DNA of 64,000 nt from an uncultured Gammaproteobacteria bacterium (GTDB lineage: Bacteria; Patescibacteriota; Microgenomatia; Levybacterales; GWA1-39-11): contig CAZVGS010000001.1 of assembly GCA_964627245.1 (NCBI GenBank), positions 153,256-217,255 of the forward strand, written 5' to 3'. The notes beneath the pieces were generated by a model. The model saw only the letters and a program-made list of their open reading frames with translations, was not told the origin of the DNA and did no database searches. The translations under genes and the position numbers were made by a program. Below, one piece after another: positions 30,264 to 39,833 of this stretch (position 1 is its first letter; every line of letters begins with the position of its first letter).

Positions 30264-30983
30264 TTATTTCTTTATACCTACTGCAATCAGCGAAATGCCG
30301 AATGGGAGATTTTTTTTAGGCTCAATTGCTTTTAGAATAGGCACAATTACATCGAAAGCTTTAACATGTGAAGGTTTAAGATGATTATTATTTCTATCTA
30401 TCTTATCTCTTACATACCAACTTAAAAGACCCAAGGCATTGAAGTATTCGACTTTAATATTCGAAAAACCGGCACCTTTCATTTTTAGAATTAATTCTTC
30501 CCTTTCATATCTTCTAAAATGTCCAAGTCTTTTATCTATTTTTGAATATACAGATTTTTTGGCGGGAACAAGCAAAACCACTCTACCCCCACTACTTAAT
30601 AGTGTATTCATGTTCCTTAAAGCTTTTTTGTCATCTTTTATATGCTCCAGAACATTCACGGAATAAATCGAATTGAATTTACTTTTAACGGTTGAGATTG
30701 TTTTTGAGATATCAAAAATTTCTACCCTAATATTCTTGCTGCTAATAAATTTTTTTTGGAGTATAGCTACTAAGTTTGGGTCGATATCACTTAGGGTTAA
30801 ATCTCTTATTTTTGCAAGCTGTTCGGAGATGTTTCCCAGACCGGCACCAATTTCAAGAGCAGGACTTTTTATAAAAGGCCTAATTGTCTCAGCAATCCAT
30901 TTATTGTAATTATCAGCACCTTCCAAAACCTCAAGAGTTTTTGTACCTTTGTATTTTGACATTAAAAAATAAGTTCTTTCCAA
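30264..30983 (-). CDS. Class I SAM-dependent methyltransferase
   Basis: It has motif I (ALEIGAGLGNIS) and motif II/post-I acidic residues. Confidence 0.8.
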   Translation of the reverse strand: MERTYFLMSKYKGTKTLEVLEGADNYNKWIAETIRPFIKSPALEIGAGLGNISEQLAKIRDLTLSDIDPNLVAILQKKFISSKNIRVEIFDISKTISTVKSKFNSIYSVNVLEHIKDDKKALRNMNTLLSSGGRVVLLVPAKKSVYSKIDKRLGHFRRYEREELILKMKGAGFSNIKVEYFNALGLLSWYVRDKIDRNNNHLKPSHVKAFDVIVPILKAIEPKKNLPFGISLIAVGIKK

Positions 30984-31081
30984 CTTAACTTAAGAATTAT
31001 AAGTGATAAAATTGTTCACCACAATATTTAATCCTATGCGGTTAGCAAGCAGTCTGGTATAATTTCCGGATACTCCAAATT

Positions 31082-31957
31082 ATGAAGATGTGTAATGTCT
31101 GCAATCAAAAACAAGAGTACTATTTTTCATACAAGAAATACAAATATTATAAATGCTGTTCCTGTGGCCTAGTTACCACACTACCTCTTCCTACAAAAGT
31201 AATTATTGAAAGGCATTATTCAAAGCGATTTAGAGAGGGAAATTATTCACTGCTACTTAAATACGAGGAAGAATACAAGCGGGTGTATCAAGATTTCATT
31301 TCAATTCTTCTAAAGATCTTGAAGAATAAAAGACTGAAACCAAAAAATCTTAGAGTTCTTGACGTCGGTTGTTTTACAGGTAGTTTTTTACAAATGTTAA
31401 AAAAAAGCGGATTCAATGTCACTGGACTTGAATTGCAAAAAGAGGCAGTTAAAATTGCTAGAAAGAAACTCCCTTCGGATGTTATTGTTGCCGATGTAAT
31501 GACAGACAAACTTCCTGGTAAGAGATACGACATTATTTGCATGCTTGGACTTATAGAGCACGTTAACAATCCAAGCAAATTAATCAAAAAATGTTCTAAA
31601 TATCAAGATGACAATGGAATGCTCCTAATCCAAACGCCTGACTCCTCAAGTCTTCCAGCAAGAATTCTAAGAAAGTACTGGCCACCATATTCCCCCGTTG
31701 AACATATTCACTTGTTTTCACAACAATCTCTTATCAAATTGCTTGAACAAAATAATTATGAGATTATCTTTAAGAGTAAACACATAAAAAAACTTCCAAT
31801 TTCCTACGTGTTTCAAATGCTTAAAAACTTCGGTCCGGAATTTAGAAAAATATTTTCTCCAATATACAAGATACTACCGCCATCAATTCGCAACGCAGTA
31901 TTACCCTTCTATGTAGGAGAGATGATTCTGGTTGCACGCAAACTACCAATAAAGTGA
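31082..31957 (+). CDS. Class I SAM-dependent methyltransferase with N-terminal Cys4 zinc ribbon
   Basis: The zinc ribbon is CNVCN...CCSCG. Motif I is VLDVGCFTGSF. Confidence 0.8.
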   Translation: MKMCNVCNQKQEYYFSYKKYKYYKCCSCGLVTTLPLPTKVIIERHYSKRFREGNYSLLLKYEEEYKRVYQDFISILLKILKNKRLKPKNLRVLDVGCFTGSFLQMLKKSGFNVTGLELQKEAVKIARKKLPSDVIVADVMTDKLPGKRYDIICMLGLIEHVNNPSKLIKKCSKYQDDNGMLLIQTPDSSSLPARILRKYWPPYSPVEHIHLFSQQSLIKLLEQNNYEIIFKSKHIKKLPISYVFQMLKNFGPEFRKIFSPIYKILPPSIRNAVLPFYVGEMILVARKLPIK

Positions 31958-33889
31958 ACTAGCGTCTTCAAATAACTGAATATCCGTAATTTGATTATTT
32001 TCTTCTGATTCAATTGAATGCACTAGCTTTGGAGAAAAAAACAAGGGTAAGCGGTCAAGATGCACCAAGCAAGAATGCGCACAATTAGTAAGCGATACCT
32101 TGGAAGGAATACCACTATCCGACTTGACCGTAAGCTGAATTCGCTCTTTCGAATTTGCTTTAAAAAGAATAAATTTATTTACAGAACTTATCTTACTGTA
32201 CATGAGAAATGAATTTAACTGTTGAATGTTATCGAAATGTGCAATTGGTTTTTTAAGTTCATTCCTTTTATCCCTGGCTTCCAGATAAGGAATTCCTCCA
32301 AAATCCACATCAAGCAACTTCTCCCCCCAAGCTGAAGTATTCCATCCCGGTGAACTGAAATAATCTGATTCCAAAGACCGCTTGAGTATTAAAAAATCAT
32401 CCACTTTTTCTTTGAAAATGTAATTTCTTAGAATATATGCCAGCTCAATATTTCCTCTAACGATATCCGGCACACTATCTTGAATTGCCGAGGTCTTTGT
32501 ATTTACAATGACATACTCCGGATTATACTCCTTGAAATATTCAAGGATCCTCTTTTGGCCGGCAAGATAGGATGCTTCATAAACACTAAAATAATATGGA
32601 GTTTTTTGATCAAAAATAATGTAAAAAATGGGGTCTTGAGGATAGCCAAATATGGACATAGGTCCATTATAGGAAGAAATTTTGTTCAATACTTTGAAGT
32701 GAGAACCGGCTCTATCGTTATAATTTAAGTTTTGTGAAAGACAGCTTGATGATTTATCAAGATTTAGTAAGTTTTTACTTTCAATAAATACGTTGTTTTC
32801 TTTTAACCCAATTCCAAAAATAATAATAAATGAGATGAAGGAAAAAGTAACAAGACCTGCCTTCTTAGCGTTATTTGTTAAGAAAGAGAATAGATAGCAA
32901 AAGAGTAAAAATCCGATGAATGAAAGCTGAGCATCAATTGAACGTGCGACATTTTTTTGCTCCAGTAAAAAAAGGGCGACTATTATGCCAATTCCGAGGT
33001 ACTCTTTCCTTGAAAACTTTTCGCTATTCACAAGTATTTTTTTGCTTAACACTGAAATTGTCAAAATCAGAAGCGATATAGTAAAAATGTTATCAATAGA
33101 AAAAAGGGAGGGAGGAAAAGGAATTTTTGCTAGCAGCGCAATGTTTTTATACTCGCTAAACGAATTTAGAAAGGGGGCTAATGCTCCGTTGTATAGTAGA
33201 TATGCCAAAAATGGAACTAAAAATATAGAACTTCCGGTTATAAACCAAGCCGCAATAGATATGCTGCTTTTGATGCTTTTGTGAATGTTTTTAGTAGTGC
33301 CTTTTAGAAGTGTCAGAATTAATATGAAAAGGTATATCAAGAATGCGTAAATACCCTGATCCGGCATAAGAGAAAAAATTCCTCCACAAAACAAACCTAA
33401 TAATAAATTAGCATTTCTAGATTTCATAGAAGTAGCGTGGAATGTCAAAAAAGAAGCAACAGAAAATGCAATTATCAAGCCGTATCTTAAAAAGATATCA
33501 ACTCCGGCTATTTGAAGAATAAAGGCAACGAAAAAGAAAAAGTAAATTATAGAATAAAGTTTTTTTACAAAAATTAACCTAAAAATCCGATAGTAAAAGA
33601 CAAAAAGGAACGTCTTTAAAAGCAGATCAATAAAACCCAATATTGGGCTTGTTTGCTTGTAGAATAAAAAGAAGCCGTAGGGGTAAAAAACATCCTTATA
33701 CGGCATATAATTTTTTTCAGCTGCATATAGCCAAGTCAGAAATGATTGCGAATCGAAATTCAGGTTTGAATATATATTACACGTGACAGCAAATGAAGGA
33801 AGAAGAAGTACAAGAACAACAATAAATACGAATAACGTGTCTTTTCCCAAAAATTTTTTACTTAACATGTCTTTTGAGGATTTTACCAA
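31943..33889 (-). CDS. Large polytopic membrane protein with a roughly 280-aa C-terminal extracytoplasmic domain (GT-C-like, uncharacterised)
   Basis: The N-terminal half has about 12 TM helices. The C-terminal soluble domain is rich in aromatic residues. Confidence 0.55.
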   Translation of the reverse strand: MVKSSKDMLSKKFLGKDTLFVFIVVLVLLLPSFAVTCNIYSNLNFDSQSFLTWLYAAEKNYMPYKDVFYPYGFFLFYKQTSPILGFIDLLLKTFLFVFYYRIFRLIFVKKLYSIIYFFFFVAFILQIAGVDIFLRYGLIIAFSVASFLTFHATSMKSRNANLLLGLFCGGIFSLMPDQGIYAFLIYLFILILTLLKGTTKNIHKSIKSSISIAAWFITGSSIFLVPFLAYLLYNGALAPFLNSFSEYKNIALLAKIPFPPSLFSIDNIFTISLLILTISVLSKKILVNSEKFSRKEYLGIGIIVALFLLEQKNVARSIDAQLSFIGFLLFCYLFSFLTNNAKKAGLVTFSFISFIIIFGIGLKENNVFIESKNLLNLDKSSSCLSQNLNYNDRAGSHFKVLNKISSYNGPMSIFGYPQDPIFYIIFDQKTPYYFSVYEASYLAGQKRILEYFKEYNPEYVIVNTKTSAIQDSVPDIVRGNIELAYILRNYIFKEKVDDFLILKRSLESDYFSSPGWNTSAWGEKLLDVDFGGIPYLEARDKRNELKKPIAHFDNIQQLNSFLMYSKISSVNKFILFKANSKERIQLTVKSDSGIPSKVSLTNCAHSCLVHLDRLPLFFSPKLVHSIESEENNQITDIQLFEDASSLYW

Positions 33890-34103
33890 TACTAAATGCT
33901 AATACTACCGGCAAAGCACACATAAGAAAGAATAATACAAAATCAAAAAATATTGGATAATTATAAAATTGTGAGTATCCTATTGCTTGACTACTATCAA
34001 GTCCCGGCGGATTAAATAATTCCCTCAAAAAACGGAGTGTAAGAAGCAAGCAAGACTCGGCAATTATAACGCTTATGTAAAAGATTGTATTACCTCCAAA
34101 CAT
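33858..34103 (-). CDS. Possible small hydrophobic protein (81 aa)
   Basis: A perfect TATAAT sits 7 nt upstream of its ATG on the minus strand, within the 34103..34121 palindrome. It overlaps the start of the large ORF by 32 nt and could be spurious. Confidence 0.3.
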   Translation of the reverse strand: MFGGNTIFYISVIIAESCLLLTLRFLRELFNPPGLDSSQAIGYSQFYNYPIFFDFVLFFLMCALPVVLAFSIGKILKRHVK

Positions 34104-34121
34104 ATACTATATTATAGTATA
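34103..34121. promoter_or_regulatory. Perfect 9-bp inverted repeat (TATACTATA t TATAGTATA) in a divergent intergenic region; candidate bidirectional -10/operator
   Basis: The palindrome was read directly from the sequence. The minus strand reads TATAAT, 7 nt before the small-ORF ATG. The plus strand reads TATACT, 12 nt before the ATG at 34136. Confidence 0.35.
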
Positions 34122-34135
34122 CTTTTTGGGGCAAA

Positions 34136-35422
34136 ATGAATTCAAATATAAAAAATGTGGAGGGATATGTAATTATTGGTGAGCACAAAGTTTTTAATCT
34201 GTGCCGTTTTTGCAATAAAGGCGAATTGACTAAGGTAATTAATATCGGGCAGGTTCCGCTTGCGGGAGGATTTGTTAAAAAATCCGACATTAATAGTAAA
34301 ATCCAATTCTACTATCCTTTGTCGCTGGGATTTTGCCAGAAATGTAAAATGCTTCAAACAATTGAAACCGTTGATGAAAACACGCTGTTTGAAAACTATT
34401 ATTACGCTACCTCTAAAATTAGAACATTAACCTCTCACCTTAACAAATTGGCAGATGAAATAACGTCTTCATTAAAAAACAAGCAAGGGTTTGTTGTCGA
34501 AATAGGATCTAATGACGGTGTACTGATAAGAAGACTTACTAAAAATAAAGTTAAATCATTAGGCGTTGACCCTGCTAGAAATCTTGTCCTCCCCAAAATT
34601 AAAAAAAAGCTGTCTCTTATGTGTGCTTATTTTAATAAAACAACAGCAAAAAAAATTATTTCAAAATTTGGAACGGCAGATGTCATAACCAGCTCAAATA
34701 CAATGGCCCATATTGAAGATATTGCAAGTGTCTACAGAGGAATAAAAATATTGCTCAAAAAAAACGGCTTTGCCATTATTGAAGTACATTATTTGCAAAA
34801 TTTAATACAAGAATTCCAGTACGACATGATTTATCATGAGCACTTGTATTATTACTCTGTAAGCTCTATGCAAAACATTCTAAAATTATATGAGCTGGAA
34901 ATGTATGACGTTAAAAAAATCCCAATTCATGCGGGTTCTATCAGATTTTATATTCAACACAAAAATGGACCGAGAAAGACTTCTGGGAATGTTAAATTAT
35001 TTCTTGACGAGGAAGACAATCAAAAAATAAATGAACTAGAAACCTTTTTTCAATTTAATGAAACCATGAAAAGAAAAAAGCAATTACTGCTAACCAAACT
35101 TACAGCCTTAAAAAGGGAATCAAAGTCTATTGCAGGATACGGTGCTTCCGGCAGGGCAAATACAATAATGGGTTATTGCGGTATAGGAAAAGAGACACTT
35201 GATTATATAATTGATGATTCACCCCTCAAGCAAGGGGCATATACGCCCGGAAATAAGCTGGAAATAATTAATTCGTCCATTCTAACTACCAAGAAACGCC
35301 CGGACTACGTTTTACTTTTTGCTTGGTCATTTTTTGATGAGATTATATCTAAAAATGCAAAATACCTACAACTGGGAGGCAAATTCCTTTTGCCGCTTCC
35401 TAAAATCAAAATCGTAAAATGA
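34136..35422 (+). CDS. Zinc-ribbon SAM-dependent C-methyltransferase (TylCIII/NDP-hexose C-methyltransferase-like architecture)
   Basis: It has an N-terminal C-x2-C...C-x2-C ribbon (CRFCNKG...CQKCKM), motif I (VVEIGSNDG) and a C-terminal C-methyltransferase-like domain. The ORF at 50427..51689 is a paralog. Confidence 0.65.
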   Translation: MNSNIKNVEGYVIIGEHKVFNLCRFCNKGELTKVINIGQVPLAGGFVKKSDINSKIQFYYPLSLGFCQKCKMLQTIETVDENTLFENYYYATSKIRTLTSHLNKLADEITSSLKNKQGFVVEIGSNDGVLIRRLTKNKVKSLGVDPARNLVLPKIKKKLSLMCAYFNKTTAKKIISKFGTADVITSSNTMAHIEDIASVYRGIKILLKKNGFAIIEVHYLQNLIQEFQYDMIYHEHLYYYSVSSMQNILKLYELEMYDVKKIPIHAGSIRFYIQHKNGPRKTSGNVKLFLDEEDNQKINELETFFQFNETMKRKKQLLLTKLTALKRESKSIAGYGASGRANTIMGYCGIGKETLDYIIDDSPLKQGAYTPGNKLEIINSSILTTKKRPDYVLLFAWSFFDEIISKNAKYLQLGGKFLLPLPKIKIVK

Positions 35423-36276
35423 TAAAAAAAAATATATTAGTTTTTGGTGCTGATGGTATGGTTGGAAACACAATTTTAAGATATTTTAGCCACCAGGATA
35501 AATTTAACACCTTTGGCACCTCCCGAAAGAAAGATGCTTTCTTCTACTTGGATGTCAAGAGTTTTAAGAAGGACATAGAAAAAATACTTAAAGAAAATAA
35601 ATCTATATCAACAATAATAAATTGCATTGGTGAAACAAGCAAAGACCCTCAGATAAAAAATCTCATTGAAGTAAATTCGCTTTTTCCCCAATATCTTGCT
35701 GAATTTCTCAACTCAAAAAAAATAAAATTGATACATATCTCAACTGACGCCGTTTTCAACAGGGAGCAGCGTAGTGCTTCCGAAAAAACGCGTCCATTAC
35801 CTGATACTTTGTATGGAGCATCGAAATTGCTTGGCGAGCCGCATTTTCCGAATTGTTTTGTTGTAAGAACATCAATCCTTGGACTCAGCAAATCTAAAAA
35901 AAATGGACTTCTTGACTGGGCTAGAAGCCAAACTTCAGATCCAATTAAAGGCTATACAAATCAACAGTGGTCAGGATGCACCAGTTTACAGCTAAGTATA
36001 TTTTGCAATTACCTAATTAACAACTGGAACAAAACTAAAGCCGGCAAAGGTAGAATTATCCATTTTTCTCCTATTCAAAAGGTTAGCAAGTACGATATTC
36101 TACAATCAGCCAAAACAGTCGGGATAATAAATGAGAGAATATTAAAAGGGGTAGACGATATAACTATAAACCGCTTTCTGGTTTCCATTTATTTTGACAA
36201 AAAACAGAAATCTAAGTATACTTTCGAAATTACTAAAGCCCTATCGGAACTGATTGATTTTTATAAAAACTCATGA
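35419..36276 (+). CDS. NAD(P)-dependent sugar-nucleotide reductase (RmlD-like SDR)
   Basis: It has a Rossmann motif (VFGADGMVGN) and a YxxxK-type SDR core. At about 285 aa its length is like dTDP-4-dehydrorhamnose reductase. Confidence 0.6.
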   Translation: MIKKNILVFGADGMVGNTILRYFSHQDKFNTFGTSRKKDAFFYLDVKSFKKDIEKILKENKSISTIINCIGETSKDPQIKNLIEVNSLFPQYLAEFLNSKKIKLIHISTDAVFNREQRSASEKTRPLPDTLYGASKLLGEPHFPNCFVVRTSILGLSKSKKNGLLDWARSQTSDPIKGYTNQQWSGCTSLQLSIFCNYLINNWNKTKAGKGRIIHFSPIQKVSKYDILQSAKTVGIINERILKGVDDITINRFLVSIYFDKKQKSKYTFEITKALSELIDFYKNS

Positions 36277-37466
36277 CTAAAGTAAAAAAAATTGCCTTCG
36301 TACTAGGATTACGGCCGGATTTAATTAGAGCGGCCCTTATTATAAAGCAACTTGAGAGAGAGAAAGATATCAAAACTATTTTCATCTGGTCAGGTCAAAA
36401 CTATTCAGATAATTTGAAAGGTATATTTTTTAGAGAATTAGGAGTCCGCAAACCCGATATTGACCTTAAGTGCAGCGGCGATACGGACGCTGAGATAACT
36501 TCAAAGTTAATTGCAAAATTGTATCCTGTCCTTGAGAAGACGCAGCCTGATGCTGTTGCCTTTTTAGGAGACACAAATACTACTGTGGGATGCATAGCCG
36601 CGATGCAGCTCAACATCCCAATTATTCACATAGAAGGATGTTGGCACTCTTACGATTGGCGGATGCCTGAGGAAAAGTATAGAACCCTTGCTGATCATAT
36701 GGCAGATGTAATTTACACATATGCAGATGAATACAAAGAAAGAGGGATTGCAGAAGGTCTAAATCCAAAAAATATTGTGGTGACCGGACATCCGGTTATT
36801 GATTTGCTGGATGAGTACTATTTTTCTCAAAAAAAACGTTTAGATAAATTAACAACGGATAAATTTTTTGCATCCCGAAAACTTAGACGTAATAATTATC
36901 TTTTGATGACTTGTCATAGGAGAGAAAACGTTCATATTCCATCTTCATTTAAGGCTATAATTAATTTAGTTTCAAAATCGCCGTACCCGGTTTATTTCCC
37001 GGCCAGTTATAGAACCCAAAAGGTCATCAAGGAAATGAAAATCTCGTTGCCAAAGAATGTGATTATGGTGGACCCTATCGGCTATGAAGAAATTTTAATC
37101 CTCATGACAAATTCTAAGGGTGTTATCACAGATTCAGGAACTCTCAACGAGGAAGCGTGTGTTCTTGGAGTGCCTTGCATTAATATGAGAAAAGCCACTG
37201 AAAGACCCCAAGTTTATGACACCGGAGGCTGCATCAAATTTGATTCCAGCCTGCCCGATAAATACAAGCCAGGTGATATTTATAAAAAGCTTGCTATTGT
37301 AGCAAAGCGGCAATGGAGACAACCCTTTGGCCCTAAGGGCGCATCACAGCAAATTGCAAAAGATATTGCGGCCAGGTTACGCAGCAACAATGTGAGAGGA
37401 CACTTGCCGGAAAACAACCATCTGCCCATAGAAAGGTCATTCATTGAAGATGGTATCAAAATCTAA
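36273..37466 (+). CDS. UDP-N-acetylglucosamine 2-epimerase-like (WecB/NeuC family)
   Basis: IHIEGCWHS...PEE resembles the HVEAGLR...PEE catalytic region. Epimerase_2 fold hallmarks are present throughout. Confidence 0.7.
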   Translation: MTKVKKIAFVLGLRPDLIRAALIIKQLEREKDIKTIFIWSGQNYSDNLKGIFFRELGVRKPDIDLKCSGDTDAEITSKLIAKLYPVLEKTQPDAVAFLGDTNTTVGCIAAMQLNIPIIHIEGCWHSYDWRMPEEKYRTLADHMADVIYTYADEYKERGIAEGLNPKNIVVTGHPVIDLLDEYYFSQKKRLDKLTTDKFFASRKLRRNNYLLMTCHRRENVHIPSSFKAIINLVSKSPYPVYFPASYRTQKVIKEMKISLPKNVIMVDPIGYEEILILMTNSKGVITDSGTLNEEACVLGVPCINMRKATERPQVYDTGGCIKFDSSLPDKYKPGDIYKKLAIVAKRQWRQPFGPKGASQQIAKDIAARLRSNNVRGHLPENNHLPIERSFIEDGIKI

Positions 37467-38181
37467 AAAACTTCTAGCAGTAATTATTCCTATGTATAAT
37501 GAGGAAAAAGTTGCAAACCGCTGCATTGAAAGAGTTCTTACTCAATTAAATAAAGAGTCTGTAGGTTCCATTCTTATTGTGATCAATGACGGAAGCACAG
37601 ACAAAACTTTTTCGATTCTTGAGGAGTGGCAAAGAAAGAAAAAAAAATTTCTTAAAATTGTCCATTACAAAAAAAATAAAGGATATGGAGGTGCTATCCA
37701 AACCGGAATTAAAGAGGCAATAAAACTTGGCTACATTTACACTTTAACCATGGACTCGGATCTTACTAATGATCCTAAATACATTCATGCATTTATAGAG
37801 GCAAGCAAAACAAATATCGATTGTGTTAAAGCCTCGAGGTATATAAAAGGAGGAAGAGTCATAAATGTGCCTGCATACAGAGTGTTTGTTTCTTATGTAG
37901 GAAATAAATTAGCCAGCATACTGTTCAATATAGGAGTAACAGACTGCACGAATGGGTTTCGCATGGTTAAAACCTCTTTATTAAAAAATGTAAGATTTCG
38001 AGAAAATAATTTTTCAATTATTTTAGAGGAGTTATATTACCTAAAGAAAAAGAGAGCGACATTTATGGAGATACCGAATACGCTTACCGTAAGAAAGGAT
38101 TCCGCATCACATTTTTCATACAAACCGAAAGTATTTTATGATTACTTCAAATATACTCTACTCGCTGCTTTCATTGATTAA
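37444..38181 (+). CDS. GT2 polyprenyl-phosphate sugar synthase-like (DPM1/CsbB-like)
   Basis: AVIIPMYNEE...IVINDGSTD...MDSDL matches this GT2 type. It is a short GT2 of about 245 aa without a membrane domain. Confidence 0.75.
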   Translation: MKMVSKSKKLLAVIIPMYNEEKVANRCIERVLTQLNKESVGSILIVINDGSTDKTFSILEEWQRKKKKFLKIVHYKKNKGYGGAIQTGIKEAIKLGYIYTLTMDSDLTNDPKYIHAFIEASKTNIDCVKASRYIKGGRVINVPAYRVFVSYVGNKLASILFNIGVTDCTNGFRMVKTSLLKNVRFRENNFSIILEELYYLKKKRATFMEIPNTLTVRKDSASHFSYKPKVFYDYFKYTLLAAFID

Positions 38182-39477
38182 ATTTTTGCGGATCATTATT
38201 GAGAATACCAGCGCCGTATAAAAAACTGCAAGAGGAAAAATGTGCAAAAAGAGCCTATTCATAGTACTGGAAACATGTTCCGCAGGGCTATGCGGTGACA
38301 GCAAGAAAACAAAAATATAAGACACCAATTGAGCGCCAATCACAATAAGAATCAATCTTCCTCTATATATTTTGAATTTCCATCCAAGATAAGAAGCTAT
38401 TAAAAAAGTTAACCAGAGTAAGTTCCAATTTTTAATATTGATCATTTCGTAAAATACTTCAATCAGGACATTTAATAATCTTGATGTATGCAAAGCAGAG
38501 TTTGAGTAAAGGGAGTATGCAAGACCGTTTTGAAACTTGAAAATTTGCCAAAAAAACGTGGGTAACAAAGTCAAAAGCAAAATCGCAAGATGTATATACT
38601 TTCTTTTTTGCAAGGAGTATGCAGATGCAATTAAAAAAAGAGTTAAACTAAAAATTAATCCTTCTTCTTTTATTAATGAAGTTATCGTAAGAAAAATTCC
38701 AAAAATAATTAAATCTTCCCTCCTCCTTCGTGCAAAAAATTGAAACAAAAGCATTAATGAGCAAAATATATAAAAACCCAGTACAAGATCGGCATAACCT
38801 GCCTCAAATCTTCCGCCATGTCTAAGAAAATTTTGTGTTGCGAAAAGCAAAAAAGTAAAAAATATTGCTATGGATCTCGCTGCATGCATTCTAAGAGATG
38901 TGTAAAAAGCTATTCCCGTAAATAAATAAAATGCGAAAAAATACAAAAGTATTGCAGTGTCATCAAAAACTGTTAAAAATTTTAATAAAAATACAATCGA
39001 AAGATTTATGATGTATGGGTAATTCTCATGCAGCAAATGATAAACTTCCGTATTAACATAGCCGTCTACAAAAAACATTCTTGCCTTCAGTACCCAAATG
39101 GCCCATCCATCCCAAGCAGATAAGGGTCTAAGAACAGCTTCTAAGCAGACATGGATAACAAGCATCGCAGTAAGAATAGCCAAAAACTTCTCAAGAATTG
39201 AAAATTTAACTGCAAATTTTGGAATTGTATAATTATTCTTAATAATAGCCGCAATTGAGAAAACTAACCACGGCGCAAAAATTAGCTCCAAACTCCATTC
39301 CAATGAAAAATATGAATAAAAAAATAATTGCATTCCAACAAGACCAACTCCAAGGCCAAAAAAATAAGGAATCTTTTGAAACAATGAATAATTCCTAAAA
39401 AAACCGAACATAAATGCAAATACATACCCTATCCATATAAAAGAAATTAATGATAGGACTACAATAACGTTATTCAT
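38158..39477 (-). CDS. Polytopic membrane protein (possible Wzy-like polymerase or GT-C)
   Basis: It has about 12 TM helices and no recognisable soluble domain. Confidence 0.5.
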   Translation of the reverse strand: MNNVIVVLSLISFIWIGYVFAFMFGFFRNYSLFQKIPYFFGLGVGLVGMQLFFYSYFSLEWSLELIFAPWLVFSIAAIIKNNYTIPKFAVKFSILEKFLAILTAMLVIHVCLEAVLRPLSAWDGWAIWVLKARMFFVDGYVNTEVYHLLHENYPYIINLSIVFLLKFLTVFDDTAILLYFFAFYLFTGIAFYTSLRMHAARSIAIFFTFLLFATQNFLRHGGRFEAGYADLVLGFYIFCSLMLLFQFFARRRREDLIIFGIFLTITSLIKEEGLIFSLTLFLIASAYSLQKRKYIHLAILLLTLLPTFFWQIFKFQNGLAYSLYSNSALHTSRLLNVLIEVFYEMINIKNWNLLWLTFLIASYLGWKFKIYRGRLILIVIGAQLVSYIFVFLLSPHSPAEHVSSTMNRLFLHIFPLAVFYTALVFSIMIRKNLINESSE

Positions 39478-39488
39478 ACATAATTTTT

Positions 39489-39833
39489 TTAACGAAAATC
39501 TATTACATGGTCATACAGTGAATTATTCTTTTGATAGTTCCTTAAAGCAATTTCTATTTTTCGGGGATACAAAAAATAATAGGATTTATAAAGTAAACCT
39601 CGCGCAACCATATCGTGAGTTGCAATGATTAAAATTCTTGAGTTTTCATTTGTCGTTTCTTGAAGTTGGCTAAATTTCTCATACTCAGCACCAAATATAC
39701 CAACTCTCTTTTCGTAAGATGACGAGCTAAATTCATGCGGTAATTCATGTATACCTTTAACTATATTAAAAATTGATCTTGCAAATGAAACCGTAAACCA
39801 GAGTAATATCAATATAAAATAAATTCGAGCCAT
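39489..39833 (-). CDS. Small hypothetical protein with N-terminal TM helix
   Basis: It is an ORF with operon context inside the glycan cluster. Confidence 0.45.
   Translation of the reverse strand: MARIYFILILLWFTVSFARSIFNIVKGIHELPHEFSSSSYEKRVGIFGAEYEKFSQLQETTNENSRILIIATHDMVARGLLYKSYYFLYPRKIEIALRNYQKNNSLYDHVIDFR

Noticed and set aside
31943-34103. Frameshifted pseudogene joining the small ORF 33858..34103 and the large membrane ORF
   Set aside because: The large ORF has its own plausible N-terminus with a TM helix. The two frames overlap by only 32 nt. The small ORF has its own TATAAT-N7-ATG. I kept them as separate calls, with low confidence for the small one.
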